NCBI GenBank assembly: GCA_963728755.1
Contig: CAVSLI010000001.1
Span: 93,524 to 157,523, forward strand
Direction of reading: 5' to 3'
From: an uncultured Solirubrobacterales bacterium
GTDB taxonomy: Bacteria; Actinomycetota; Thermoleophilia; Solirubrobacterales; 70-9
DNA: 64,000 bases
A program made the translations under genes and the position numbers. Positions 21,742 to 31,705 of the stretch are shown one piece after another; position 1 is the first letter of the stretch, and each line of letters starts with the position of its first letter. A model generated the notes under the pieces. That model saw nothing but the letters and a program-made list of their open reading frames with translations. It was not told the DNA's origin and did no database searches.

Positions 21742-23429
21742 CAGCCCGTCCGGCTCTCTCTCGCGTCGTCGGGAGCCACCTCGCTTGCGTCGAAGCTGTC
21801 CTTGACCAGGTCGATCAGCTCGTCCTCGCTCATCTCGGCCGGTGCCTCCGGAGCGTCACCTTCCTTCTGGCCGTCAATCAGCTCGTAGGCTGGCCGCAGG
21901 CGATGCCCCGCAATGGAGGTCAGGGCCTCGGTCATGCGCTCGATGCTCGCCGAGGATTCCGCCTTCTTCTTGTTGAACCTCGCCGACGCGGGGAAGCCGA
22001 TCCGCAGGACCGAGCGCTCCTCATCGATCGCGAGCGGCCTGGCCTCGTCGAACAGCGTGGAGAGCATCGCCGAGCCGCTGTCGCGCAGGTGGTCGACGAC
22101 AGCCGGCCAGAGCTCGACGACGCGATCGATGTCGAGGCTCGCGGTGGCCACGCTGGCCTCGGGTTCAGGCTCCTTCTCCCGGGTGGGCGGAGGTGGTTCA
22201 GGTGGCCTTCCCTCGGTGGGCGGAGGTGCTGTCGCCTCAACGGGCTCCGGGGTCTCGACCGCCGGGGGACCGTCCCCGCCCAGTCGCGACTCGAGGGCCT
22301 CGATGCGACGGAGCAGCGCCTCGCGCGACGCGTCCAGCGAGGGCGTGGCGACCTTGAGCAGCGCCACCTCGAGCGTCAGCCGCGGATCGTCGCCCTCGCG
22401 CATCCCGGAGACGGCGCCGCTGAGGGCATCGATTGCGCCCATCAGCTTGGCGTCGTCGATCGACTTCGCCTGCTCGGCGAGCCGCTCCGGCTGCGCGATC
22501 GTGACGGTGAAGGAGTCGGGGACCTCGCCGGTCGCCCGGGCGACCAGCAGCTGGCGCAGATGGCCGATCAGGTCGCGGGCGAACTGGCCCGGGTCGCGGC
22601 CGGAGCCGGCGAGGCGGTCGACCGCCTCGAGGGCGGCACGAGCATCCTCGTTGGCGAGGGCGGCGGTGGTGTCGAAGAGGAGCTCCGCATCGGCCGCGCC
22701 GAGCAGCTCGATCACCTCGTCGGTGGTCACGGACTCGCCGCCGAAGGCGACCAGCTGGTCGAGGGTGCCGAGAGCGTCGCGGAAGCTGCCGGAGGCCGAG
22801 CGCGAGATCAGCGCGATGGCGCCGTCGTCGATCTGGATCTTCTCGGCGACGGAGACCCGGCGGAGGACCTTGGCGATCTGCTCGAGGGAGGGACGCTGGA
22901 AGTCGAAGCGCTGGCAGCGGTCGACGATCGTCGCCATCACCTTCTGCGGCTCGGTGGTCGCCAGGACGAACGCCGTATTGGGCGGCGGCTCCTCGAGTGT
23001 CTTGAGGAAGGCGTTCCATGCCTCCTTGGTGAGCATGTGCGCCTCGTCCAGGATGTAGATCTTCCAGCTGCCCGCCGCCGGGGCGAAGCCGACGCGCTCG
23101 CGGAGGTCGCGGATGTCGTCGACCGAGCGGTTCGAGGCAGCGTCCATTTCGATCACGTCGAGCGAGGTGCCGGCCGCAATCGTCTGGCAGGGCTCGCACT
23201 CGCCACACGGGGTGAGGGTCGGCCCTTGCACGCAGTTGAGCGACCGGGCGAGGATCTTCGCCATCGAGGTCTTGCCGGTCCCGCGGGAGCCGACGAACAG
23301 GTAGGCGTGATGGACGCGGCCCTTCTCAACCGCGTTGGAGAGCGTGCGCACGATGTGCTCCTGCCCGACCACCTCCCCGAAGCTCTGGGGACGGTGGCGC
23401 CGGTAGAGCGAGGCTGATTCGGCCACCAA
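21741..23429 (-). CDS. dnaX: DNA polymerase III subunit gamma/tau
   Basis: 562-aa intact ORF. Walker A GSRGTGKTS, zinc module CGECEPC, ILDEAHML, DRCQRFDF. Stop overlaps the ybaB start. Confidence 0.93.
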   Translation of the reverse strand: MVAESASLYRRHRPQSFGEVVGQEHIVRTLSNAVEKGRVHHAYLFVGSRGTGKTSMAKILARSLNCVQGPTLTPCGECEPCQTIAAGTSLDVIEMDAASNRSVDDIRDLRERVGFAPAAGSWKIYILDEAHMLTKEAWNAFLKTLEEPPPNTAFVLATTEPQKVMATIVDRCQRFDFQRPSLEQIAKVLRRVSVAEKIQIDDGAIALISRSASGSFRDALGTLDQLVAFGGESVTTDEVIELLGAADAELLFDTTAALANEDARAALEAVDRLAGSGRDPGQFARDLIGHLRQLLVARATGEVPDSFTVTIAQPERLAEQAKSIDDAKLMGAIDALSGAVSGMREGDDPRLTLEVALLKVATPSLDASREALLRRIEALESRLGGDGPPAVETPEPVEATAPPPTEGRPPEPPPPTREKEPEPEASVATASLDIDRVVELWPAVVDHLRDSGSAMLSTLFDEARPLAIDEERSVLRIGFPASARFNKKKAESSASIERMTEALTSIAGHRLRPAYELIDGQKEGDAPEAPAEMSEDELIDLVKDSFDASEVAPDDARESRTG

Positions 23430-23538
23430 TCGAGTCTATCCGTCGCCCTCGCCGGCACCGTTCGGGGGGCGAGAAAGAACGGACCGTGCACCCGTCCTCG
23501 AGACCGGGCTCCCGGGCGTGTCCGCCGCTTTTGGCTCG

Positions 23539-23635
23539 GGCCAGGCTTGCCTGCATCACATGTCGGCTACCGCTTAAGGCTGCTTCCTTCCGGACCTGAC
23601 CTGGTTCGCAGGCCGACATTGCGCAGGACCTGGCC
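23539..23635 (-). ncRNA. ffs: Signal recognition particle RNA (small bacterial type)
   Basis: Minus strand reads GGCCAGGUCCUGCGCAAUGUCGGC...CCAGGUCAGGUCCGGAAGGAAGCAGCC...GCCGACAUGUGAUGCAGGCAAGCCUGGCC. It contains the conserved domain IV motif AGGUCAGGUCCGGAAGGAAGCAGCC (23578-23604). The 5'/3' arms pair (GGCCAGG/CCUGGCC, AUGUCGGC/GCCGACAU). Classic position upstream of dnaX. Ends are +/- a few nt. Confidence 0.85.
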
Positions 23636-23763
23636 GTCATCGCCGCCTGCGGCGGCACTGGCCCCAAGGGCCGGCCCCTCGTAAGGGGATTCAGCTCCGC
23701 TTGAGCGGGTTGCGGATTACAGGGCACCGCTAATTCCCCGCCTAGCACGGTCCGCGGCTGATC

Positions 23764-25072
23764 CTAGCGGCTGGTCACCGGTTCGGCCGTGGCCGCGACC
23801 CTCTCGATCAGCTCGGCGGCGCGCTCGTTGCCGCGGCTCGCCTGTAGCCGCCCGGAGACCCCGTCGAGCCGCGCCTGGAGATCGGAATCCGAGATCAGAC
23901 GATCGATCGCGGCGGCCAGGTCGCCGTCGCCGAACGAGTAGGTCGGCAGGCGGATGCCGAACCCGGTCTCATCGATCCGCTGCGCGTTGTCGTGCTGGTC
24001 CCAGAAGATCGGCAGCAGGACCATCGGCTTGCCGAAGTGGAGTGACTCGGTGGTCGTGTTGTTGCCGCCGTGGGTGATCACCAGGTCGACCTGCGGCAGC
24101 ACCGAGACCTGCGGTAGGAACTCCTTCCCCACCATGTTGTCGGCGAGCTCGTACTCGGTGTGCTGAGGCCCCTTCGAGACGACGTAGCGGTGCGGCGTCT
24201 CCGCCAGGGCCTCGACCAGCCTCTTCATCAGGGGCACGTCGGCCGACCCAAGCGAGCCGAGGCTGAGGTAGATCAGCGCTCCGTCGCGCTCGGCCAGCTC
24301 CGGCGGAAGCTTCCAGTCGGCGTCGGTGGTGCGGACGCTCGACTCGAGGTTGTGCCAGGTCGGGCCGAGTGACCTCGACCGCGGATAGTCCACCTCCCGC
24401 GGGTAGAGGTAGAGGTTGAGCCAGTCCGAGCTGTGGATCATCTCCCGATCCGGCAGGCGGCGGCGCGCCGCGCTCGGCGCTGAACTCGCTGAAGTCAGCC
24501 TGCATCTCGCCGATCGCCTGCCCGTACTCCTCTCGATAGGCGTCCCACTCGGACCGATCGTCGATCGGGAGGCCGCCGAACGGAGGCGGCAGCTCGGGGT
24601 CCTTGATCTCGAGTGGGTTGCAGGAAACGATCCGGACCCAGGGCCGGCCGCTCGCCGGGATGGCCGGGAAGGCGCAAACGTTGTCCTCGACGATCACGTC
24701 GGGCTGTAGCTCGTCGAAGATCTCGACCAGGCGATCGTCGACATAGCGGGCGCCGTCGAGCAGCGCCTGCCATGTCGGCGCGATGAACTCGCCGAGCTGC
24801 TCGAAGGTCGACTTCCGGAAGACCGGAGCGGTGTCGCGGATGAAGTCCTTCCAGAACTGCCCGGGCTCCTCGGGTTCCTCCGGCGGCGGCGCCAGCCGCA
24901 TCAGCCGCTCCTCGAAGCCCTTCTCCTCGAGCGTGCCGGCGAACGACTCCTCGATTACGAAGACGACGCGGTGGCCCCCTCGCCGCAGCACCTCGCCGAT
25001 GCCGACGCAGTTGTTGGTCGGCCCGAAGGCACCCTCCGGGAAGAAGACGACGGTTTTGCCCTGGTCGGCCAT
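23764..25072 (-). pseudogene. GT1 (MGT/UDP-glycosyltransferase) family glycosyltransferase; one frame break near 24460
   Basis: N-terminal half in track ORF 23969..25072 (MADQGKTVVFFPEGAFGPTNNCVGIG...). C-terminal half in ORF 23764..24441 with the GT1 donor-binding signature HGGNNTTTESLHFGKPMVLLPIFWDQHDNAQR. Junction ...AERGAP / LPDREMIHSSDW differs by one nt in a GC run. Confidence 0.8.
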
Positions 25073-25174
25073 CTGGTCGGCAGCCTATTTGGGCCTCGTG
25101 TCGATTTGAAGCGCGCGCCTTCGTCGTTAGGGTGAAGCGGCGAAACGGCGCCGCCCCAGGAGAAGGAGCTGAAA

Positions 25175-25559
25175 ATGAAGTACGCACTGACGATCCACGT
25201 CGACGAGGCGCAGCGCGAGGCCGCAAGCGAGGAGGACCGCAACGCCACCAGCCAGGCCTACGGCGTTCTGACCCAGGAGATGGAGCAGAAGGGCGTGATG
25301 GTCGCCGGCGAGGGCCTCTATCCCACCCCGACCGCCACGACCGTCCGCGTCCGCGACGGCGAGCGAAACGTCACCGATGGGCCCTTCGCCGAGACGAAGG
25401 AGCAGCTTGGCGGGTTCTACGTGATCGACGTCAAGAACCTCGATGAGGCGATCGACTGGGCCGCCAAGATCCCGGGGGCCCAGCAGCGGCTCCGTCGAGG
25501 TCCGGCCGGTGATGGTCTTCGACGAGGCCGGGAACCTGGTCGAGGAAGCGACGGCCTAG
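25175..25559 (+). pseudogene. YCII-related domain protein; one frame break near 25483
   Basis: MKYALTIHVDE...DGPFAETKEQLGGFYVIDVKNLDEAIDWAAKIPGA in the frame of track ORF 25175. The conserved end SGSVEVRPVMVFDEAGNLVEEATA-stop (TAG 25557-25559) is in another frame. Confidence 0.75.
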
Positions 25560-26801
25560 CTGGAGGCGTCGTCCGAGCAGGTCGGCCGCGTCTTTCGGCA
25601 CGAGTCCGGACGCGCCACCGCCTCCCTGATCCGCGTCCTCGGCGATTTCGACCTCGCCGAGGACGCGGTGCAGGAGGCGTTCGTCGTCGCCATGCAGGTC
25701 TGGCCCGAGCGCGGAGTCCCGGACAACCCGGGCGCCTGGATCACGACCACCGCGCGGAACAAGGCCGTCGACCGGCTCAGGCGCGAGCGGCGCGGCACCG
25801 AGAAGCTCGAGGAGCTACAGGCGCTCGAGCCGCCGCCGGTCGAAGGGGACGACGCCCTCGAGGAGCCACCCGTGATCCCGGACGACCGACTGCGCCTGAT
25901 CTTCACCTGCTGCCATCCGGCGCTGGCGCCTGAGGCCCAGGTGGCGCTGACACTGCGCTCTCTCGGAGGCCTGGCCACGCCTGAGATCGCGCGGGCCTTC
26001 CTCGTCTCCGAGCCCGCCATGGCCCAGCGGCTCGTCCGGGCCAAGAAGAAGATCAAGGCCGCAAACATCCCGTATGAGGTCCCGGCTGATCACGACCTGC
26101 CGGACCGTCTCGGTGCGGTGCTCGCCTCCCTGTATCTGATCTTCAACGAGGGTTATTCAGCCACCTCGGACGAGGCGCTCGTGAGGCGCGAGCTGACCGG
26201 CGAGGCGATCCGTGTCGCCGGGACCCTGGCGAAGCTGATGCCCGACGAGCCCGAGGTGCTCGGCCTGCTGGCCCTGATGCTGCTGCAGGACTCGCGTCGC
26301 GAGGCGAGGACCGGCGCCGAGGGGGAGCTCGTCCTGCTTGAAGAGCAGGACCGCTCGCTCTGGGACCCGCGCGAAATCGAGACCGGTCTCGGCCTGTTGG
26401 ATCGCGCCGCGCGGCTCGGGCCGCCCGGCCCCTACACGCTCCAAGCGGCGATCGCCGGCGAGCACGCCCGAGCGGCGAGCCCCGATCAGACGGATTGGAA
26501 GCGCATCGCCTCGCTGTACGACCTGCTCGCGCGGGCGCAGCCCTCCCCCGTCGTCGAGCTCAATCGGGCCGTTGCCGTGGCGATGGCGGAGGGGCCGGAG
26601 CGGGGCCTCGAGCTCCTCGACGACGGGGATCTCGCGGATCAGCTCACGGAGTACCACCTTTTCTGGTCGGCGCGCGCGGACCTGCTCCGGCGGCTGGGTC
26701 GCCGCGGTCAGGCCGCGGACGCCTATCGGCGGGCGCTCGAACTCGCCACCAATCCGGTCGAGCGCCGGTTTCTCGAGCGGCGGCTCTCGGAGCCGAGCTA
26801 G
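25560..26801 (+). CDS. ECF-like sigma-70 family factor with long C-terminal helical extension (the type usually paired with YCII proteins)
   Basis: Frame of track ORF 25668..26801 is open from 25560. Region 2 [47 protein letters not shown], region 4-like [25 protein letters not shown], then about 230 aa of helical repeats. No ATG/GTG at the expected N-terminus (CTG at 25560), so the start is uncertain. Confidence 0.75.
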   Translation: MEASSEQVGRVFRHESGRATASLIRVLGDFDLAEDAVQEAFVVAMQVWPERGVPDNPGAWITTTARNKAVDRLRRERRGTEKLEELQALEPPPVEGDDALEEPPVIPDDRLRLIFTCCHPALAPEAQVALTLRSLGGLATPEIARAFLVSEPAMAQRLVRAKKKIKAANIPYEVPADHDLPDRLGAVLASLYLIFNEGYSATSDEALVRRELTGEAIRVAGTLAKLMPDEPEVLGLLALMLLQDSRREARTGAEGELVLLEEQDRSLWDPREIETGLGLLDRAARLGPPGPYTLQAAIAGEHARAASPDQTDWKRIASLYDLLARAQPSPVVELNRAVAVAMAEGPERGLELLDDGDLADQLTEYHLFWSARADLLRRLGRRGQAADAYRRALELATNPVERRFLERRLSEPS

Positions 26802-27487
26802 GTAGCGGCGATGCCTCGCCAGCTGATCTCCAGCGAAGCCTCCACCGGCGCGCTGGGATCGATTCCGATCGCGACGGCCTGCGCCCCGATCAGGGAGGTT
26901 CCGGCGATGACGGTCAGGGCAGCGACGGCGGTTTCGAGGTCGCGCCGAACCTCACCACGCCTCTGACCCTCGGCCAGGATCTCTTCGAGCAGGACGGTGA
27001 CCGGCGGGGACGGCCCCTCGCCCACCAGGGCGGCGAACCTGTCCGGGTTGCCGAAGATCTCGAGCAATGCCGCGCCGTGAAGAGCGGGCGGCAGGTCCGC
27101 CGGCCGCAGCAGGCTGAGGAGCGCTCGCCGAATGACCGTGCTCATCTTCAACCGCCGGTCCGCGAGCAGGGCATCAGCCGCCGGCCGCACGTGATCGCGA
27201 TAGTGGCGCGCCGCGGCCTCGATCAGAACATCCCCCTTCCGCGGGAAGTAACGGAAGAAGGTCGCCCAACTGACATCCGCATCGGCGATCACGTCCTCGA
27301 CCTTGGTCGCCGCGACCCCATCGACCCGAAATCGCTCAATCGAGGCCCGATAGATGCGGTCCCGCTTCTCGAATCCACGAGCCTGGGTCGGCGGGGCCGG
27401 CATGCGGACCGCCGAGGGTTCCCCGGCCCCATACCCGACCAGCGCCTGGTCGATCAGGCGCTGCTGGGTCGTCTTTGACGAAACCAT
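26798..27487 (-). CDS. TetR/AcrR family transcriptional regulator
   Basis: Track ORF 26798..27493 (TTG); ATG at 27487 preferred. [32 protein letters not shown]. Confidence 0.85.
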   Translation of the reverse strand: MVSSKTTQQRLIDQALVGYGAGEPSAVRMPAPPTQARGFEKRDRIYRASIERFRVDGVAATKVEDVIADADVSWATFFRYFPRKGDVLIEAAARHYRDHVRPAADALLADRRLKMSTVIRRALLSLLRPADLPPALHGAALLEIFGNPDRFAALVGEGPSPPVTVLLEEILAEGQRRGEVRRDLETAVAALTVIAGTSLIGAQAVAIGIDPSAPVEASLEISWRGIAAT

Positions 27488-27519
27488 ATGCAATATGGTA
27501 CCGTACTGAAACCATATGC
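27481..27519. promoter_or_regulatory. AT-rich operator-like region: 11-nt direct repeat AAACCATATGC (x2), the first inside a 7-3-7 palindrome ACCATATGCAATATGGT
   Basis: Read directly: copies at 27481-27491 and 27509-27519; palindrome at 27483-27499 overlaps the TetR start codon. Lies between the pdxH stop (27540) and the TetR start. Confidence 0.45.
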
Positions 27520-27539
27520 CGTATAGGTATTTGGAATCG

Positions 27540-28158
27540 CTACGGAGCCAGCCGCTCTATCCCCCAGCCTTCCGGCTGCCGGTTGTAGACGATGCGGTCG
27601 TGCATCCGACTGTCCCTGCCCTGCCAGAACTCGATCACCTCGGGCCGCACGAGATAACCCCCCCAGTGCTCCGGCCTCGTCAGCTCCGACTCGCCGAGCT
27701 CGGCAGCCAGCTCGACATAGCGGCGGTCGAGCTTCTCGCGCTCGACCGGCCGGCTCTGTGGCGAGATCGGCGGCGGCAATCTGGCTGTCGCGGGGGCGGC
27801 TGGCGAAGTAGGCGTCGGAGTCCTCCGCCGAAAGCCGCTCGACCATCCCCCGGATCCGGACCTGGCGGTCGAGCTCGCGCCAGTAGACAACGAGCGCCGC
27901 CCTGGGGCTCGCCGCCAGCTCCTCCCCCTTGGCGCTCTCGTAGTTCGTGAAGAAGCGGAAGCCTTCGGGTCCGAACCCCTTGAGCAGCACCATCCGCGCG
28001 TTCGGCGCGCAGTCGGCGTCGACCGTCGCAAGCGTCATCGCCTCCGCCAGGGGCGCAACCGCCAGGGCCTCGTCGAACCAGGTCGCGAACTGCTCGAGCG
28101 GGTCATCCGCGAGGTGCTCGCGATCAAGGGCCGGGTTCTCTCGACGACGCGGGCTCAT
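27540..28158 (-). pseudogene. pdxH: Pyridoxamine 5'-phosphate oxidase; one frame break near 27780
   Basis: N-terminal part MSPRRRENPALDREHLADDPLEQFATWFDEA...[26 protein letters not shown]...[12 protein letters not shown] in the frame of track ORF 27454..28344. C-terminal part SPQSRPVE...[31 protein letters not shown]...ERLAP in ORF 27540..28031. Confidence 0.85.
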
Positions 28159-28277
28159 TCTGATCTCGACTCGCCGGAGAAAATCGGGTTTTCGACCACC
28201 AGAGTTGAGAGGATGCACGGCGTGCCGGTCGGTGCGCGCCTTCGACCACGGACCGCGATGAGGGGAGAAGATCGGCA

Positions 28278-30536
28278 ATGAGTGCTCTATTGACCAAGGT
28301 TGGAGCGTTCGCCGCGCGGAGGGCCCCCTGGGTCCTGGCCGCATGGGTTGTGATCGCCATCGCCCTGGTGGTCATCGCCAACACGGCCGGCCGTCCGGAG
28401 AACGACGACACGACCCTCCCCGGGACGGGCTCGCAGTCCGCCACGGATCTGTTGGACCAGAAGCTTCCCGACCAGGCCAACGGCAGCGTCCCGATCGTCC
28501 TGCAATCGGACACGTCCCTGGCGCAGGGACAGAACATGCAGGCGGTCGAGTCGACGGCGAAGTCGCTCTCCGAGAACCAGTACGTGCAATCGGTGGTCAC
28601 CCCGTTCGAACCGGAGGGTGCGGCACAGATCACCAAGGATGGAAAGATCGCGTACCTCGCGGTGGCCCTGAAGGTCTCGTCCGGCGACCTCGACGACGAT
28701 GAGGCCAACAGCGTCTTCGACGCGGCCCAGCCTGCCCGGGACGCCGGCATCAAGGTCTCCGCCGGCGGCTACCTCGGCCAGCAGCTCTCCAGCCCGAGCA
28801 CCGGGCTGAGCGAGATCGTCGGGGTCCTCGCCGCCCTGATCATCCTGCTGTTCGCCTTCCGCACGTTCGTCGCCGCACCGCTGCCGGTGACGACCGCGAT
28901 TGTCGCCCTCGCCTGCGGCCTGGCGATCGTCGGGCTGGCGGGGCACGCGTTCGACGTCCCGTCGATTGCCCCGACCCTGGGGATCATGCTCGGGCTGGCG
29001 GTGGGAACGGATTACTCCCTGTTCATCATCAGCCGGCACCTGCGCTTCCTCGAGGAGGGGGTCGAACCCGACGAATCGATCGCCCGCTCCGTCGGCACTT
29101 CGGGCTCGGCCGTTGTCTTCGCGGGCTGCACGGTGATCCTCGCCCTGCTCTCCCTCTACTTCAGCGGCATTCCGCTGGTCCGCTCGCTCGGCTACACGAC
29201 GGCGATGGTGGTCGCGACCGCGGTCATCGCCGCCATCACCTTCCTTCCCGCCGTCCTCGGTCTGCTCGGCAGGAGGATCCTCAAGCTGCGGTTCCGCTTC
29301 GGCGAGCGCAAGCGGGATGCGGATCACCCTGGTGGCTGGTTCAGGTGGGCCGGCGCGATCCGCAACCACCCCTGGATCGCCGCTGTGACCGGGGTAGTCA
29401 TCTTGGCCCTGCTCGCGCTTCCCGCCCTTGATCTCCGCCTGGGCGCGGAGGACTTCGGTCAGCTGCCAACGGACACGACCGAGCGCCAGGCCTATGACGC
29501 TCTCACCAAGGGGTTCGGCGTGGGCACGAACGGCCCGTTGCTGATCGCCGTGAACGTCGCCGGTCAGCCGCTTGCAACCCCTTCGCCGCAGGACGCGCAG
29601 AGCGAAGAGGCACAGGGCGTGCCGGCACAGGTCGCCACTACGCCTGCGGGCGATACCCGCCTCGTCAACCTCGAGCAGGAGATCTCCAAGCAGAGCAACG
29701 TCCAGTCGGTGTCGCCCGCCGCCACCGACAAAGCCGGAACCGCCGCGGTCTTCTCCGTCACCCCCAAGACCTCGCCCTCAGCCTACGCGACCCAGGACTT
29801 GGTCAACCACCTGCGCGACCACACGATCCCCGACGCGACCAAGGGAACCGGGCTGACGGCCTATGTCGGGGGAACGACCGCGAGCAACATCGACCTGGCG
29901 ACGAAGATCAGCGACAAGCTCTTCCTGGTGATCGGGATCGTCGTGCTCCTCAGCTTCCTGCTCCTCACCCTCGCCTTCCGAACCGTGTTGGTGCCGCTGG
30001 TGTCGGCCCTGATCAACCTGCTCGCGGTCGCCGCCGCCTACGGGATCCTCACCGCAGTGTTCGAGAAGGGGTTCGCGCTGTCGCTGATCGGCGTGGACCA
30101 CGAGATGCCGGTCGTCAGCTACGTACCGCTGATGCTGTTCGCGATCCTCTTCGGGCTTTCGATGGACTACCAGGTGTTCCTGGTGTCGCGGATCACCGAG
30201 CGCCACCAAGGCGGGGCGGACAACAGCGAGGCCGTCCGGGCCGGTCTGGTCAACGCAGGCCGGGTGATCGCCGCCGCGGCGACGATCATGTTCGCCGTCT
30301 TCTTCAGCTTCGTCCTCAACGGCGATCCGGTGGTCAAGCAGTTCGGGATCGGGCTCGCGGTCGCGGTCGCAATCGACGCGCTCGTCGTCTTGCTGATCAT
30401 GCCCGGCCTACTCGAGCTGACGGGGGAGCGGAACTGGTACCTGCCGCGCTGGCTCGACCGGGCGCTGCCCGACCTCAAGGTCGAGGGCGACCCCGAGATG
30501 AAGGCGAAGACACCGTCGGCCCAGGCCACCGCCTGA
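28278..30536 (+). CDS. MMPL family RND-type membrane transporter (paralogue of 18335-20471)
   Basis: 752-aa intact ORF. Two 6-TM bundles each preceded by a large extracytoplasmic loop. Conserved FGLSMDYQVFLVSRI and GLAVGTDYSLFIISR motifs. Confidence 0.88.
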   Translation: MSALLTKVGAFAARRAPWVLAAWVVIAIALVVIANTAGRPENDDTTLPGTGSQSATDLLDQKLPDQANGSVPIVLQSDTSLAQGQNMQAVESTAKSLSENQYVQSVVTPFEPEGAAQITKDGKIAYLAVALKVSSGDLDDDEANSVFDAAQPARDAGIKVSAGGYLGQQLSSPSTGLSEIVGVLAALIILLFAFRTFVAAPLPVTTAIVALACGLAIVGLAGHAFDVPSIAPTLGIMLGLAVGTDYSLFIISRHLRFLEEGVEPDESIARSVGTSGSAVVFAGCTVILALLSLYFSGIPLVRSLGYTTAMVVATAVIAAITFLPAVLGLLGRRILKLRFRFGERKRDADHPGGWFRWAGAIRNHPWIAAVTGVVILALLALPALDLRLGAEDFGQLPTDTTERQAYDALTKGFGVGTNGPLLIAVNVAGQPLATPSPQDAQSEEAQGVPAQVATTPAGDTRLVNLEQEISKQSNVQSVSPAATDKAGTAAVFSVTPKTSPSAYATQDLVNHLRDHTIPDATKGTGLTAYVGGTTASNIDLATKISDKLFLVIGIVVLLSFLLLTLAFRTVLVPLVSALINLLAVAAAYGILTAVFEKGFALSLIGVDHEMPVVSYVPLMLFAILFGLSMDYQVFLVSRITERHQGGADNSEAVRAGLVNAGRVIAAAATIMFAVFFSFVLNGDPVVKQFGIGLAVAVAIDALVVLLIMPGLLELTGERNWYLPRWLDRALPDLKVEGDPEMKAKTPSAQATA

Positions 30537-30605
30537 GCTACCGAAAACGGGTGGCTCCTCGGCTTCGCCTGCGGAGCCCCCTCGCACCTATGATCAGGCG
30601 CCCCC

Positions 30606-30677
30606 GGGCGCGTAGCTCAGCGGGAGAGCGCTCCCCTCACACGGGAGAGGTCGTTGGTTCGATCCCAACCGCGCCCA
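30606..30677 (+). tRNA. tRNA-Val (anticodon CAC)
   Basis: Manual cloverleaf: acceptor GGGCGCG/CGCGCCC, D arm GCTC-AGCGGGA-GAGC, anticodon arm CTCCC-CTCACAC-GGGAG, variable AGGTC, T arm GTTGG-TTCGATC-CCAAC, discriminator A. CCA not encoded. Confidence 0.9.
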
Positions 30678-30693
30678 TCGGCGCATGCGCCGA
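30678..30693 (+). terminator. 16-bp perfect palindrome TCGGCGCATGCGCCGA immediately after the tRNA
   Basis: Read from sequence. Would form a 6-bp stem with a CATG loop. No U-tract. Confidence 0.3.
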
Positions 30694-30809
30694 GCCCTAA
30701 GCCGGGCGCGTCAGTGCCCGTGCCGGCCGACGGCGAGGGTGTCGCGACGACCTTTGCCGAATCTAAGCCGCCTGGGATTCGCGAAACCTGTAACCGTCCG
30801 GCCCCCGGA

Positions 30810-31448
30810 ATGACCGAAGATCATGAACTGGTTCAGCGACTTCGCGAGGGCGACGAGAGCGCCTTCGTCGAATTGATCGACCGGTACGGGGCGACGATGT
30901 TGCGAGTCGCGCAGATGTACGTCCGGGACCGCTCCACCGCGGAGGAGGTCGTGCAGGAGACCTGGCTCGCGGTCCTCAACGGGATCGACCGCTTCGAGGA
31001 GCGCTCGAGCCTGAAGACCTGGCTCTTCCGCATCCTCACCAACCGCGCCAAGACCCGCGGACAGCGGGACGGCCGAATGGTCCCGTTCTCGTCGCTGGCC
31101 GGCTACGGAGATGAGGACGACGAGCCGTCGGTCGACCCTGACCGCTTCCTCGGCCCCGACTCCCCGCATCCCGGAGCCTGGGCCGCTCCGCCGGTCGCCT
31201 GGCCCGAGGAGCGGCTGCTCGAGAGGGAGACCCTCACCGTGATCGAGATGGCGATCGACGAGCTTCCCGAGGCACAGCGCGAGGTGATCCTCCTTCGCGA
31301 CGTCGACGGCTGGACGCCGATGGAGGTCTCCGACGTCCTCGGCATAACGGACGGGAACCAGCGGGTGCTCCTCCACCGGGCACGGTCGAAGGTGCGCGCC
31401 GCGCTCGAGCGGTACATGAACCCCGAGATCCGTGCGGTGGCGCCATGA
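30810..31448 (+). CDS. ECF sigma factor
   Basis: In-frame ATG at 30810 (MTEDHELVQRLREGDESAF) in track ORF 30654..31448, whose upstream part overlaps the tRNA. Region 2 EEVVQETWLAVLNGIDRFEERSSLKTWLFRILTNRAK. Region 4 EAQREVILLRDVDGWTPMEVSDVLGITDGNQRVLLHRARSKVR. Confidence 0.88.
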   Translation: MTEDHELVQRLREGDESAFVELIDRYGATMLRVAQMYVRDRSTAEEVVQETWLAVLNGIDRFEERSSLKTWLFRILTNRAKTRGQRDGRMVPFSSLAGYGDEDDEPSVDPDRFLGPDSPHPGAWAAPPVAWPEERLLERETLTVIEMAIDELPEAQREVILLRDVDGWTPMEVSDVLGITDGNQRVLLHRARSKVRAALERYMNPEIRAVAP

Positions 31449-31705
31449 AGCTGTTCGTCCGCGAGATGCCCTGCCAGGAGCTCGTCGAGCTCGTGACGGC
31501 CTACCTCGACGGGAGCCTCTCCCGCCGCGACCGGCGCCGCTTCGAGGCCCATATCGAGGGCTGCGAGCACTGCACGACCTACGTCGAACAGATGCGGGAG
31601 ACGATCGAGGTCGACCGGTCGCCTCACCGAGGAGGACCTCGAGCCGGAGGCCCGCGAGGAGCTCCTCGCCGCCTTCCGCGGCTGGAGCGAGGGGCGCGCC
31701 GAGGA
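31445..31705 (+). pseudogene. zf-HC2 anti-sigma factor; frame break near 31612; no stop codon found near the expected end
   Basis: ATGA overlap with the sigma gene. MKLFVREMPCQELVELVTAYLDGSL...FEAHIEGCEHCTTYVEQMRETIE (HxxxCxxC). Continuation TGRLTEEDLEPEAREELLAAFRGWSEGR is in another frame. All three frames stay open into the convergent gene. End coordinate is approximate. Confidence 0.7.

Noticed and set aside
23685-23745. Possible tRNA or tRNA remnant upstream of ffs (GGGGAAT...AATCCCC closing stem, internal 4-bp arms, GAATCCCC resembling a T-loop/acceptor junction)
   Set aside because: No 5-bp anticodon stem with a 7-nt loop, no proper T arm, the acceptor stem is mismatched, and the length is only about 55 nt. 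It is not a functional tRNA and is kept only as an unexplained structure.
30782-30809. GAAAC motif upstream of the ECF sigma gene as an ECF -35 box
   Set aside because: The spacing to any CGT-type -10 element is wrong (about 8 nt), and the motif lies only about 24 nt from the start codon.
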